Part shown: positions 44,731 to 58,999 of the stretch, piece by piece | Position numbering within the stretch: the stretch's first letter is position 1 | How the letters are laid out: the number at the start of each line of letters is the position of its first letter | Source of the DNA: the human T2T-CHM13v2.0 reference genome, Homo sapiens | Assembly (NCBI RefSeq): GCF_009914755.1 | Contig: NC_060944.1 | DNA: 64,000 nucleotides | Strand: one strand, 5' to 3' | The notes under the pieces: model-generated | The model's input: only the letters and a program-made list of their open reading frames with translations | Database searches by the model: none | Told to the model about the DNA's origin: nothing | Made by a program: the position numbers and the translations under genes

Positions 44731-45439
44731 AAAAGCTATTGCAAAAGAATGTAAGCAAACGCAGATGACAGCCTGGGAAACATATAGTATTATGTTGTGG
44801 AGAAGAGATTAATCTCACTAATATGAAAAGGGTCTTACAAATAACTAAAGTCAATATATAAATGGAAAAATAGGTACATGTAGCCTGAAAATAGAAAAGA
44901 AGTCAAATGACCAGTAATCAAAACATACAAAGTAAAACAACAATTACACACAATATTTACATAGGTAATGATTTAAAAGAAATGCATACCTAAAGTACAT
45001 GAAACTAAAAATGAAAAATCTGTTTGATTGCAAGGAGAAAACATAAATTATTTGAATTTAGGAAACATTGGAAATATGGATAACAAGTATTAAGAATAGG
45101 TGTACACTTCGATGTACAAAAACACTTCTTGAAATTTATCACTGATATGCAAAATATGTAGGCAGAATGGAGACATAAACAGGAAGTCGGTCCCCTTTCC
45201 CTCTGAAACTCAGGGTCAGGCAATGTTAATGAACTGTTAGAAAACTAATGAGGGTTTATATCTGGAAAATAATGAGAAAAGAGAGATGCATTGATACAGG
45301 GTGTTATAAGAGCCTGAAATTGGGATTTGATTCACTTTGGATGAAAGACAATGCTTTCAAGAAGAAATTATTTTAAGCCTGAAATATTAATACAAACATC
45401 TTTAGAAGTTAAGGCAAAAGACTATGGTGATTAAATCTA

Positions 45440-45920
45440 CATTTGTGAACATCTATTAAGTGTCAGGCACTGTGCCAAGAACTGGGCCTAAAATGATGAA
45501 TGAGGCCGTCATGGAGTTGACCATGATCATTTCCGCATCTAGTGGGGGATTATTTTGGCTTGGGGGGCAGGTGGCTGTTGAGATAAATTTAGACATGTTT
45601 TGGAGCATTATACAATGGCCTTGTCAATTAATTTGACTGGCTGAAACAATAAAAGACAGGAATCCTAGATAACTTTTATAATTTCAGCTCGCCACTAGGT
45701 GAATGTGTACCATTTACTGGGATGTGAAGACAGGCTTTATTGGGGAAAAGAAATATGAAAGGTTCTATTTTAGACATGTCAATTTTGTACTGTCTCTGAT
45801 AAATGTAATAGAAGTTAACAAATAGTCATTTGTCTAAGAGTAAAAAGAGGTTAAAAAAAGATAAGCAAAGAACACCAGATTGTCTGTATAAATCTAGAAG
45901 ATGCAAGCATAGTGTTTTAT
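45440..45920 (-). mobile_element. L2 fragments
   Basis: GAACATCTATTAAGTGTCAGGCACTGTGCCAAGAACTGGG and GTTCTATTTTAGACATGTCAATTTTG. Confidence 0.6.
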
Positions 45921-46284
45921 ACCATAACACTGACTAATTAAAGCTAAAGACAACATAAAAATAGGAAAGCGAAGGAAAAATTAAAATGAAGAGAACATGA
46001 GAAACAGTGAGTGGAAGAAAAGAGAGAAGTAGAAAAGGGAAATAGGAGAAAATTAAAAGGAAAGAGAATTAACAAAGTCAGGAGTAATTAATATACTTGG
46101 AGTTTAGCTGCCAGCAGAAACGAAGTCAGTAAAGGAGCAAGGGAAAATGAGTCAAATGAGTCAGCAAAAAGAGAGAGGGCAACGGGCTCCAAAGACCAGT
46201 TGCCAGAACTGACCTTACATGGAGAAGTAGAAGAAGGTGAGGCATCAGCTTCTCTGCTTTCATAGAAGTAAAGAAGATAGGCCA

Positions 46285-46319
46285 GGTGTGCGTGTGTGTG
46301 TGTGTGTGTGCGCGCGTAT
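46285..46319 (+). repeat. (GT)n(GC)n alternating purine-pyrimidine tract
   Basis: Directly visible. Confidence 0.9.
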
Positions 46320-46769
46320 GTAAGTTTCTGCCTGGCAGAGACTTGCAAATCTCTTTGGGTGCATTGTCTTCTGATGGCTCCTATATTCTCTATGAAATGT
46401 GAGGATCAGTCATCTGCTGAGAGCATAGAAAAAGGTAGGGGGAGATTTAGAAGTCTAAGGAGGTTAAAGATTTTAAATAATCAATGAGTAGAATGGGGAA
46501 ATATGGCCAAACAGAAAAATTTGAGAGTCTATGTGAGATAATTAATCACAAATATTTAGTGAATCTAATTTTCTCTGTCATGTGCTATTTTACTAACAGA
46601 CGCTATTTACAACTAAGAAGGGGTAGAAGTAAGATAAAAATTAAATAATGTTGGATTTGTGTCATTTTAGTGCGATGAATAATATGTAGGAAAAATACAG
46701 TGATTTAATTTACTGACAAGAGTTATATTGATTTGTAAACTATATGCATAGAGAATTATATAATCCATT

Positions 46770-48130
<1,361 letters not shown>

Positions 48131-49999
48131 GAAAAACAATGAAGCTCTTTGCTTTTCCAACAAGTGTGAACTCTGGTTTCCGGAATAACTACACTAAAAT
48201 TATGAGGTTCATATTTCATCTTCAGATAAAAAGACACTACATCTTCAAAAACTTGTGAAAAACTGAAAATGAAAATTAATATCTATTCTTATTTTAGTGA
48301 GTTATCAGCCTTTGACCTTAAAATTTTAATTTTTTTACATATTTAAAAATTTCGCCTAATACTAAAACAAACTGTTCTACTGTTTCTGGCATTAACTCTT
48401 AAGTAGGGCAGGAAACATCTATTAAAACTGGTAATCTCCTGAAATTCTTCACTGTGAACTCATTTTCTTAAACACCTACTTATATTTCACCACTAATGGA
48501 ATTGGAGAGGATACTCCAAAAAATGCCCAATTATTGTTAATCCCCTCCTTTCCCATGCAAGTCATATCAATCTCGTTGAGTGTTTTTGTTCCCTTCACAG
48601 TGCAATGGTTTATTTAACAAAATGCATATGGATAAGCTTTTTGCTCGAATAAAGCTCAAGAGGATGGAATTAAATTAGTTTGGGGTAATTATTTATAATT
48701 AGATATTCGTAATGGAAACTGAATAAATCCTAAGTTATTCTAACAGCTTGCTTAAATGTGCTGCCTCCGTTGACCCCTCCCCACTTCTCTTCCCCATATG
48801 GAAACAAGAAAATTGCTTTCTAGCTTTCAAGGCAGTATTCCATCTGCTCAGGAAAAAAACCCAAGGCACATTCAAAAAAACTTTGTAAAGTAAACATTAT
48901 TTGCCACTCAACTAAAGAACAGCTAAGTAAAAGCTGAAAATTAAGATTATGCAAATATGACTGTCCCTTAAACTTCCCTGAGAAGGGTGAAAAATAAGAC
49001 TCAATGCTACAGTAAATGTGATGATCTGTAAGTGAGATTATCTGTTATCTATTTAGTTAGACACCTGGGTGTGAGTCTCTTGAAAACCCATCAGGTGTCA
49101 GTCCACAGTGCTGGGCAGAAAACCTAGCCATAGGTACTGGCCCAGTTCCATGAGGGTACCTTGTGAACCACAGAGCTCTGTGAGCAATGTGGTGTCTAGT
49201 AGGCCGTGCCAAGTGGACCACATCTGTTTTGAATCAAGGATGTCTTCACACCAAGGGGGTTGAAGAGATAGCCAAAGACATAAGCAGCCAGCACCCCTAT
49301 AAAATCACCAAGACTTCGATTTTTATCTTTTTCTCATCAAAACAGCAGAGAGGTTAACTTCTTCAATTGACAGATGTGTAAAAGGCTGGTGCAAGAAAAT
49401 GCCTGACGTGCTTTATGAAGCTCCATAGCAGAAGAATGTTTTCATCCCTACCATGTGAAAAATTGAAGCTTAAATGACTTCCACATGGGGAATTTTGTGT
49501 TACTCCATGCGAGTCCCTGGCTTTTGTCTTCTACATGCCATTGCTCCTTAAATTCGATTTATTCATTTGGTTAAACTCTTTTTGTGAATTCCAGGTAATA
49601 GATTCCTCTGGATTCCAATACAATGAAACTTTTTATCAAATAGCTTTAAATTAGAAAGAAAAAAATTTTTATCAGAGTAGATCAACCAGGGATTTGGATT
49701 TGATCTGAGATGTTCTGTGACTGCACTTGTTTAACTATCTTACATGAAAAAGATATATGACGTATACACCATGATTTGATTCATGGTATAGCGTGGATCA
49801 TGCCATGATCCATGATGTAGCAATGTGTATCTTTGGGCCACAGTTAATTTTGTTTCGGGCTTAATACATAGATTAAGTTTGTAATGCATCCACTGTCTCC
49901 AAAGGAAAAATCAAATTGTAAATCATATCCTGATTTGTCTCTAAATTATACCTAAAAATAATAGGAATTGGTGAGTTAAGTGAAGGAGGTATAAAACCA

Positions 50000-50215
50000 T
50001 CATTCAAATATTAATTGAGTACTAATTAGTATAAGAAACTTGCACATATACTTTCTTCAGCTGCAAAGTAGGTATCAACACCCTCTTTTTTCAGAGAAGG
50101 TCGCTAACCAATATACTTAAATTAATTTGTCCACAGCTATAGAGCAATAAATGACGGAAGAAGGTTAAAATCATGACCTCATTTCAAAGTCCATTTTCTG
50201 GTCTTATGCCATATC
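50000..50215 (-). mobile_element. MIR
   Basis: TTAATTGAGTACT...GTAGGTATC...TTAAATTAATTTGTCCACAGCT. Confidence 0.5.
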
Positions 50216-50244
50216 TAGAGATACCTAGATCCTAAAATAATAAT

Positions 50245-50800
50245 GCATGGCACTTTCTAAACATGCCCACAAAATCTTTGACACCCCTTCTGTTAAGAGG
50301 CGGGATCTCTGTTTCCTTCCCTTGAATCTGGTCTTAACTCAGTGATGCATTTACAATCAATAAACCACAGTTGACATAGTATTATATGGCTTCTGTGACT
50401 AGGCCAAAAACACCCTGTGGCTTCCACCAGATTAAACAGTCTGCTCCCTCTGAAAGAGGTCAGCCACCATGAAGAAAGTCTGACTGCTCTGAGATTACTG
50501 TGATGGAAAGTCTCTGGTACTCTGGCTGACAGTCTGGCCAAGCCCCGAAGCCAATACCAAGAATCAACTATCAGTCAAGTTACTGAGCCATCTTGGAGGT
50601 TCAATTCAGTTGAGCTTCAGGCAACTGATACCCTAGGGGACAGCTCACTGCAACCACATGAGAGACCCCATGAAAGAGTAACCTAGCCAAGCCTTTCCTG
50701 AATTTCTTAACCGTAAATGAGTGAGCAAAATGAAATGATTGCTGTTTTATACTACTAAATTTGGGGATAATTTTCATACAGCAAATCAATCAAAATACAA
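50245..50800 (+). mobile_element. MaLR LTR (MLT1G/H-like)
   Basis: TTCCCTTGAATCTGG...GAGCCATCTTGGA...CAACCACATGAGAGACCC...TACTAAATTTGGGGATAATTT. Confidence 0.8.
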
Positions 50801-50924
50801 GACAAGATTCACTAAGCATTTAGGCAATGAGGCATCAGCAAGAGATATGGGGGACCTCTGAGTCTCTATCCACCTTCACTATTCAATAAGCAGAACTCAA
50901 CTATGGCACAGGAGATAATATGAG

Positions 50925-50998
50925 CACAGCCATTAAATCAGACAAACATGGATGTATCCCAACATTGACACTTACTAGCTCCAATGTGGCCTAATCAA
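50925..50998 (+). mobile_element. MIR 5' part (continues at 61404)
   Basis: TCAGACAAACATGGATGTATCCCAACATTGACACTTACTAGCT matches the MIR 5' region. Confidence 0.6.
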
Positions 50999-51625
50999 GG
51001 TAATATCCAGGGTTCTCTATAGAAACATAATGTATATATATATAATATTTATACATATATATCTTATAAATCTCTTTATATATTTATATAATATGTATAA
51101 TATCTATTTAGGTAATGTATAATATATAAATATATAAATATATTTATTATAAGGAATTGGCTCACATGATTATGGAGGCTGGGACGTATTAAGATCTTCA
51201 GTAAGCAGGCTGGAGACCTAGAAGAGCCAGTAGTGGAGTTCCAGTTCCAGCCTGAATTTGAAGGCCTGAGAATCAGGAGAGCCAATGATGTAAGTTCCAA
51301 CCTGAAAGCTGACATTCTCAAGAGCCAAGAAGAGCCAATGTTTTAGTTTGAGTCTAAAGAAAGGAAGAGACCTATGTTCTAGCTCAATCACCAAGCAGAA
51401 AGAGTTCTCTCTTAAGACCAAGTCAACTTTTTGTTCTATTCAAGTTTTTGACTGATTAAATAAGAGAAACTCACATTGAGAAAGCCAATCTATATTACTC
51501 AGTCTTACAAATCAAATGTTATTCACATGCAAAAGCGTCTACATACACACGCTGAGAATAATGATTGACCAAAATTTCCACACCTGGTGGCCCAAACAGG
51601 TTGACACATAAAATTAACCATCACT
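50999..51625 (-). mobile_element. MLT2 (B/C-type) LTR, 3' LTR of the ERV-L provirus
   Basis: CAGGGTTCTC...AAGGAATTGGCTCACATGATTATGGAGGCTG...GTTGACACATAAAATTAACCATCAC. Confidence 0.9.
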
Positions 51626-53539
51626 AAAATATTGGCCTATAATTTTGTTTTCTTGTAATATCTTTGGTGACTTTGGTGTTGGGGTAATTAATACTGATTA
51701 TAAAATTTATTGGGTAATTTCCTCCTGTTCAATTATTGTATGAGTTTGTGAATGATTGGCATTAATTTTTCCTTAGATATCTGGTAGAATATACATCCTG
51801 GGCTTTTGTTTGTGGAGAGCTTTTTGATTACTGAATCAATCTCTTTACTTATTATTGGTTTACCTATATTTTCTAATTCTTCATGATACAGTCTTGGTAG
51901 ATTTTATGTTTACAAGTCAATATTCCTTATGAACTTAAATGGAAAAGTCCTCAACAAAATATTAGCAAAGCAAATTCACCGGCACATTAAAAAAAGATTA
52001 TACATCATGATTAAGTGGGTTTTATCTCTAAAATGCAAGGATGTTCGAATATAAGCAAATCAACAGATGCGATACATCATATTATAAGAATGGATGATAA
52101 AAAATAAATATCAATAGATGCAGAAAAATCATTAGACAAAACTCAACATCCTTTCGTGATAAAACTCTCAACCTATTAAATACAGGAATAATGTAGTTTA
52201 TCAGAATAAAGGCCATATATGACAAGCCCACTTATAACATCACAGTCAACCGTAGAAAGCTGACAACTTTTCCTCTAAAATAAGGAACAAGACAATGGTG
52301 CTTACTCACATCACTTCTACTCAACATAGTACTCAAAATCCTAGCCAGAGCAATTATTCATCAATAAAAAGAAATAAAAGGCATCCAAATCAGAGAGGAA
52401 CAAATAAAACTGTCTTTGTTTACAAATGACATGATCTTACATATATAAAACCCTGACTACTCCACCGAAAAACTGTTAAAAGTAATAAACAAATTTAGTA
52501 GTGTCGCAAGTGTTGCAGGATACAAAATCAACATACAAAAATCACTAAAGTTTTATACAATAAACAAGCTATCTTAAAAAATTAAGAGAATTATTTTATT
52601 TACAATAACATTTTAAAAATACTTAGGAGTATATTTAACTAAGGAAGTGAAAGTGATTTACAATGAAAACCGTGACACTGGTGTAAGAAATTGAAAAAGA
52701 CACAATTAAATAAAGAGATGTCATGTTCCTGGTTTGGAAAAATTAATATTATTAAAATGTGCATCCTACACAACACAATCTACAGATTCAGTGCAATCCC
52801 TAATGAAATTCCAAAGTGATTTTTCACATAAGTAGAAAATAATTTCTTAACATTCATATGGGACCACAAAAGACCCAGACTAGCCAAAGCAATTTTGAGA
52901 ATGAAGAATAAAACTGGAGGCATCACACTACCTGATTTCAAAACACACTACAAAGCTACAGTAATCAAAACGAAATGATACTAGCATAAAAACAGACATA
53001 GGGACCAATGGAAAAGAACAGAAAGCCTGGAAGTACGTTCATGGATTATAAAGTCAAATGAATTTGGCAAAGGTAACAGATGTACACAATAGAAAAATGA
53101 TAGTTTCTTCAATATACGGTGTTGGAAAAACTATATTTACATGCAGAACAATGACATTAGACCCTGTACAAAACCAACTCAAAATGAATTAAGTACGTAA
53201 CCATAAGGCTTGTAACTGTAAAACTACTAGAAAAACAACAGGGAAAAAGACTTCTTGACATTCGTATAGGTAATGAGTTTTAGCTATGACCCCCAAAGCA
53301 CACGCATCAAAACCAAAAATAGACAACTGGAACTACATCAATCTATAAAGATGTTGCATATCAAAAAAAAACAATAAACAGAGTCAAGAGAAAACCTATA
53401 GCATGGAAGAAAATATTAAATGGGACTGAATATACCTTTCTCAAAAGAAAACATCCAAATGGCCAAGAGGTATATGAAAAAATACTCAACAACACAAATC
53501 ATCAAAAAAATGCAAAAAAAACACAATGAGAAATTATGC

Positions 53540-54132
53540 AGCACTATTCACAAAAGCAAAAGTGTGGACTCAACATAAGTGTCCATCAACAGATAAATTG
53601 ATAAAGAAAATGTTGTATATAGATACGATGGTATGCTATTCACGTGACGAAAAAAGAATAAAACCATGTCATTTGTAGCAATGTGGATGAAACTGGAGGT
53701 CATTATATTAAGTGAAATAGGCCAGGCACAGAAAGGCAGAAGCCACATGTTCTCACTCATATGTGGTGGGAGCTAAAAAAGTTTATCTCATGGAGATAGA
53801 TAATGGATTGTTAGGTACCAGAGGCTGAGAAGAGTATGTGGGTGGAGGGGAGAATGAAGAGTTGGTTAGTGGATACAAAAATACAAGTTAGAAGAAATGA
53901 GCCCCAATATTCAATACCAGAGTATGGTAACTACAGATAGCAACAGTGTATTGTGTATTTCAAAGTAGCTAGAACAGAGGACTTGAAATACCACCAACAT
54001 AAAGAAATAATAAATACTCCAAGTGATGGAAGACACAAACACCCTGACTTGATCATTGCACATTATATGCATGTAACAAATATTCACATGTACTCGTTAA
54101 ATATGTAAAATATTTTGTATCAATAAGAAAAT
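53540..54132 (+). mobile_element. L1MA4-like 3' end nested in the older L1
   Basis: Second complete L1 3'UTR (CAAAGTAGCTAGAACAGAGGACTTGAAA...TGTATCAATAAGAAAA); the host L1 resumes at ~54135. Confidence 0.8.
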
Positions 54133-54853
54133 AACGGCTATAGTAAAAAAAAGAAGACAAAAGATAACACGTGTTGACAAGAATGTTGAGAAAAGAAAAT
54201 GCTTGTGCATTGTCAGTGGGAATTTCAATTGTTTAGCCATTATGTAAAATTGTGTGGAGGTTGCTCAAAAAATTAAAAATAGAACTACCATATGATCCAG
54301 CAATCCCACTTTTGGGTATATATCTAAAGAAAATAAAATCAGTATCTCAAAGAGATATCTGCACTTCCATGTTCATTGCAATATCACTCACAAGAGCCAA
54401 AATATAGAACCAACCTAAGTGTCCACTAACAGATAAATGGATAAAGAAAATGCAGATAAAGAAAACATTGTATACATACATATAATATGCATATAATATG
54501 TAAGTATAAAATGGAATATTATTCAACCTTTAAAAAGTAGGAAATTCTGTCATTTGTGACAACATGGATGAACCTAGAGGACATTATGTTAAGTGAAATA
54601 AGCCCATACAGAAAGACAAATACTGAATAATCTCACATATATGTGGAATCAAAAAGAGTCAAACTCATAGAAGCAGAGAGTAGATTGGTGGTTGCCAGAG
54701 GTTGGAGAATGGAAGAAATGAGGAGGTGTCTGAAAAAGTAAAAAATTTCAGTTATGCAAGATGAATAAATTCTGGAGACCTAATGTATGGCATCGTGACT
54801 ATGATTTTTAGTACAGTAGGTGTTAAATGTTCTTACCACAAAAAAAAAACATG

Positions 54854-55255
54854 TGATATACTTTGCATATTTGTTCCCTCCAAATCTCATGTTGAAATTT
54901 GATCTGCAAGGTCAGAGATGGGGCTTGGTGGGTGGGATTGTTTGGGTTATGGAGGTGGATCCAACATGCATGGCTTTGTGCCATCCTGAAGGTAACCTGC
55001 AGATCTAATTATTGAAAAGAGCCTGGCACCTCCCTCCTCTCCCTATTGCTAATCTCTCTTGCCATGTGACATGCTGACTCCCTTTACCTTCTGCCATGAG
55101 TAAAAGCTTCCTGAGGCCCTCACCACAAGCCAAGCAGATGCCTATTCCACACTTTTTATACAGCCTGCAAAACTATGAGCCAAATAAACTTATTTTCTTT
55201 ATAAATTACCCAGTCTCAGGTATTCCTGTATAGCAGAGCAAGAGGAACTAATATA
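54854..55255 (+). mobile_element. MSTB-type MaLR solo LTR
   Basis: TGATATACTTTG...CCAAATCTCATGTTGAAATTTGATC...CCCAGTCTCAGGTATTCC...AACTAATA. Confidence 0.88.
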
Positions 55256-56009
55256 CTATATGAGGTGATAAATATGTTAATTAGATTAGTTGTGGTAATC
55301 ATTTTACAATGCATACAAATATCAAAATGTCACATTGTACACCTTTAATATAGACAGTTTCTATTTGTTGATTATACCTCAATAAAGCTGGAAAAAACAT
55401 AAGTCCATTCCTTCTCAAATGGGTACCTATATTCATCTCCTTAAACCTACCTAATATCCAAATAAAGACAATAACAAGGTTATAATTCCACCTGATACAA
55501 TTCTCCATACAACTAAAAACACACCAGCCTCTTTTTCAGAAGAGGAGATAAAGTGCTTGAGTATTTACTTTTCTCTTCGATATCCCATAACTTATATTTG
55601 CATTACGATAATGCAAAATATTTTTTAAATACTATGTATTTAATATTCAAATGCTATTTAAATACTATGATATAAAAGTGAATACATCTTACGTTACATG
55701 GTAAGAGAATAAGAGAGAAAAGATATATATATATTTATAGACATACATGCATATAAATACATGCAACATATTGACAACAAGGTAAGAGGGATATGCTCAA
55801 CAACTACAGCCCTCCTTTCTGTAACTGGTCACACAGTCACAGCTGTTATTTATAACAGCCTTCCTCTACTAGCCACTCTGTATTTCCTTTGCCTTCAGAA
55901 AATCCTTTATCTAGTTCTTTATCTGGTGGAGTTACCCAAACTCCAGATGAAGGGTGTCCTCAAGGGCCTGAGACATTAATAATCCTGCCTTGATTTCAAT
56001 GCTATAGTT

Positions 56010-56310
56010 TCCCATTGACCTTAATCATAGGGCATGGTAATACTAAGAGGCATCCAGAAGAATCTACTGTATTCCAGAAATATTCTTCCATGCCTCCATT
56101 GTGTAGTCAGTTTCTCCTTGGTAGTCAGGATCAATCGTCTCAGCCAGCAGAGTAACTCCCTTCTTTGCCTGTTGATTTAGAGGCAGCAGGAAACCAAAGT
56201 CCCTGGACAGGAGTCTTAACTTCCACTTCAATAGAGTCACTGTTTTGTCTCCTGGTGGAAATGTCTCCTCCCTTTGGAACTAAAATATTTAGGCTAGCAG
56301 ATCATAAAGT
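56010..56310 (-). pseudogene. ERV-L dUTPase remnant
   Basis: Minus strand: FPPGDKTVTLLKWKLRLLSRDFGFLLPLNQQAKKGVTLLAETIDPDYQGE (dUTPase motif III IDxDYxGE). Confidence 0.85.
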
Positions 56311-56399
56311 CATGAAAACAGAAAGCAAAAATTTTGCAAGTGGGTCATTAAGGGTCATAGTGAGTGATGCCATTCCCACTTGCAACCCTGGACTCATGA

Positions 56400-56900
56400 A
56401 CACTGGCTATGGGAGAAACCACACCATATATTGGATGCTGATTGAGACCAGATATATAGCCTTCTGGAGAACTTGCCCCAGCCCAGCAAGGCATTGTCAT
56501 GTACCTAGTACTGTAACTGAGTCTTCAAAAGATCATTCTACAGATTTACCAATCCAGCTGCTTCATGATGGTGGGGAACATGGTAAAACCAGTGAATTCC
56601 ATGAGTATGGGCCCATTGCCACACTTCATTTGCAGTGAAGTGGGTGTATTGATTAGAAGCAATGCTGTGTGGAATAAGACAATGTATCAGTGAAAAAGAC
56701 AGTCTGAAAATTCATAGACGGTAGTTTTGGCAGAAGTATTGCATGTAGGGAAGAGAAATTTGTATCCAGAGTAAATGTCTATCCAAATAAACGCAAAACA
56801 CTGCCCCTTCCATGATGGGAGCATTCTAATGTAATCAACTTGCCACCAGGTAGCAGGCTAATTCCCTGGGGAATAGTGCCATATTGAAGACTCAATGTTG
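56400..56900 (-). pseudogene. ERV-L integrase core remnant
   Basis: Minus strand: THFTANEVWQWAHTHGIHWFYHVPHHHEAAGL. Confidence 0.85.
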
Positions 56901-57574
56901 TTCTTTGCTACTGGCAAATTGAATACCCAATGGTGGCTGTAGCCAGGTCAGCCTTGGTAAGTGGAAGTTGATTTTGCTGACCTCATGCATCACCTCCATT
57001 TCTCACACCATAACCACATTTTTATGAGCTCACTGGGTCATGAAAGGGTCTGGAGAAAGAAATTGTCTGGTATCCATACAATGGATCATTCTGTCAATTA
57101 AATTATTAAAATCATCATCTGATGATGTCTTCTTTTGAAGCATTCATATGGGGTACAAATGCCTCCATGATTTTTCCCATTTAGATGTGTTTATACAGAA
57201 AGTTCTTCCCCCAATTTTTTGTTATTAATTTATCAATCATGTTTTTTTCAATTTCCTGATCATCCAGCCAACCATAGGTCACAGACCATGACTCGGTATG
57301 TAATCTCATATCAGACCATTTCTCCTTCCAGAAAAGTGAACAATCAGATGCAATTCTGTGGTTCTAACCCCTTGGAGAAGTTCTCTTCACCTGTGTCATT
57401 CAGGAATGTCCTAGAAAGTGGCTGTAGTGCTGCAACTGTCTACTTTCAGGTGTTTTCTGCATACAGTGAAGAAGCATATATAAACCAGACCTGAGTTTTC
57501 TCCTCCTCTGTCGATTGATTGTAGGAAATTCCCATGAGGCAATAGACACAGACTAAGCACCTGAGCTGTGACTC

Positions 57575-58520
57575 ACCTATCAGGTCCTGCCAAAGCTCCA
57601 AATAGCATTCCTATCTGCCAGCGACATTTCAAGAACAATTGGATCTGCTGAATAATATGGCCCAAGAGGCAGAGCAGTTTGCAAAGCAGCTGGGACCTAT
57701 AACAGTTTGCATAACAGTTGGGCCCCACAAAAGAAACTAGCAATATCTCGGGCCATTCAGTAAATGTACCAGAATAAAACACCCAAATAAGGAATGTGTT
57801 GCTCCCACAATCCAAAGAAGCTCACTAGGCGTTATGCCTTTTTCTTTTTTTTTGTAATACGATCCTGATGCAACAATGTATCCTTCACCTTAAAAGGGAT
57901 ATCTTGAGATTCCACATATCACTGGACCCTTAGAAATTTCATTATGTTCAATCCTGAACTTCTGTGGGATTTATTTCCCACCCTCTGACATGCAAATATC
58001 TTACCAGTAAGCCTAGAATAGTTGCTACTTTTTGCTCACTAGGTCCAATCAGCATAATGTCATCAGTGTAATGGACCAGTGTGGTATCTTTTGGAAGGAG
58101 AAGGTGATCAAGATCCTTGCAAACTAAATTATAACCTAGGGCTAGAGAGTTAATATACACCTGAGATAGGACAGTGAAGGTGTATTTCTAGCCTTGACAG
58201 CTGACAGTAAACTGCCTCTGATAGTCCTTGTTGACAGAAATGGAGAAAAAGGAACTTGTAAGATCAATAGCTACATGTCAGGTACCAGGGGATGTATTAT
58301 TTTATTCAAGTAATGAAACTACATTTGGTACAGCAGCTTCAATTGTAGTCATCATCTGGTCAAACATGAGAATGATAATTCATTATCATTCTCCCAGATC
58401 CATCTGTCTTCTGCACAGACAAGTCGAATGGAAAGGTGGTGGGAATAAACACCCCTGCATCTTTCTGATCTTGATGGTGGCACTAATCTCTACCATTCTT
58501 CCAGGCATGCAGTATTGCTA
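57575..58520 (-). pseudogene. ERV-L reverse transcriptase remnant
   Basis: ORF 57948-58160 [17 protein letters not shown] (YxDD motif); FFGLWEQHIPYLGVL downstream; multiple stops and frameshifts. Confidence 0.9.
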
Positions 58521-58999
58521 TTGGTTTACTATTTTCCTAAGTAGAGGCCATCCTACTGCATTCCAATCAGACTTTCTCATCCTAATGGCCCTCATTCCAT
58601 AGGTAATGGAACCAAAGTGGGGGTTAAGACAACTACTGAGTAGATCAACTGCAATAATGCATTCCATAACTGAGGAAATAATCACAGAATAGGTTCAGAG
58701 ATGCACTGAGCTCACTGTGAAATAGATTTAAGCTAAAACTCCACTGATCATCTGATCCTCATAAGTCTGTACCTTGACTGATGAACCATAGTTAATTTTG
58801 AGATCTCTTGGGATTAGTGTTAGTTCAACCAGTATCTTGTAGTCATTGAAAGATCTGGTTATTTCCTTTTTCCCAGTATATAATTACTCTATTAAAGACC
58901 ATAGGTTACTTTGAGGAGGGCTGGGAGAAAGAATAACAGTATAAATTTTGGCAGTGTACAGAGATCTTTCCATAAGTGGACCTAGATTCCTCTTTATTC

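Larger units (their letters stand above)
51627..55398 (+). mobile_element. L1MA7/8-like element with 5' inversion (51627-51912 antisense), inserted at the ERV-L LTR/internal junction
   Basis: Antisense then sense ORF2 meeting at the same consensus point; 3' end TTATACCTCAATAAAGCTGGAAAAAA. Confidence 0.85.

Noticed and set aside
45686-45705. CTCF-like motif GCCACTAGGTGAAT
   Set aside because: It lacks the GGC 3' core and lies in decayed L2 sequence.
56165-56638. Longest ORF (157 aa, + strand)
   Set aside because: It is antisense to the ERV-L integrase/dUTPase remnant and starts at TTG, so it is a shadow frame.
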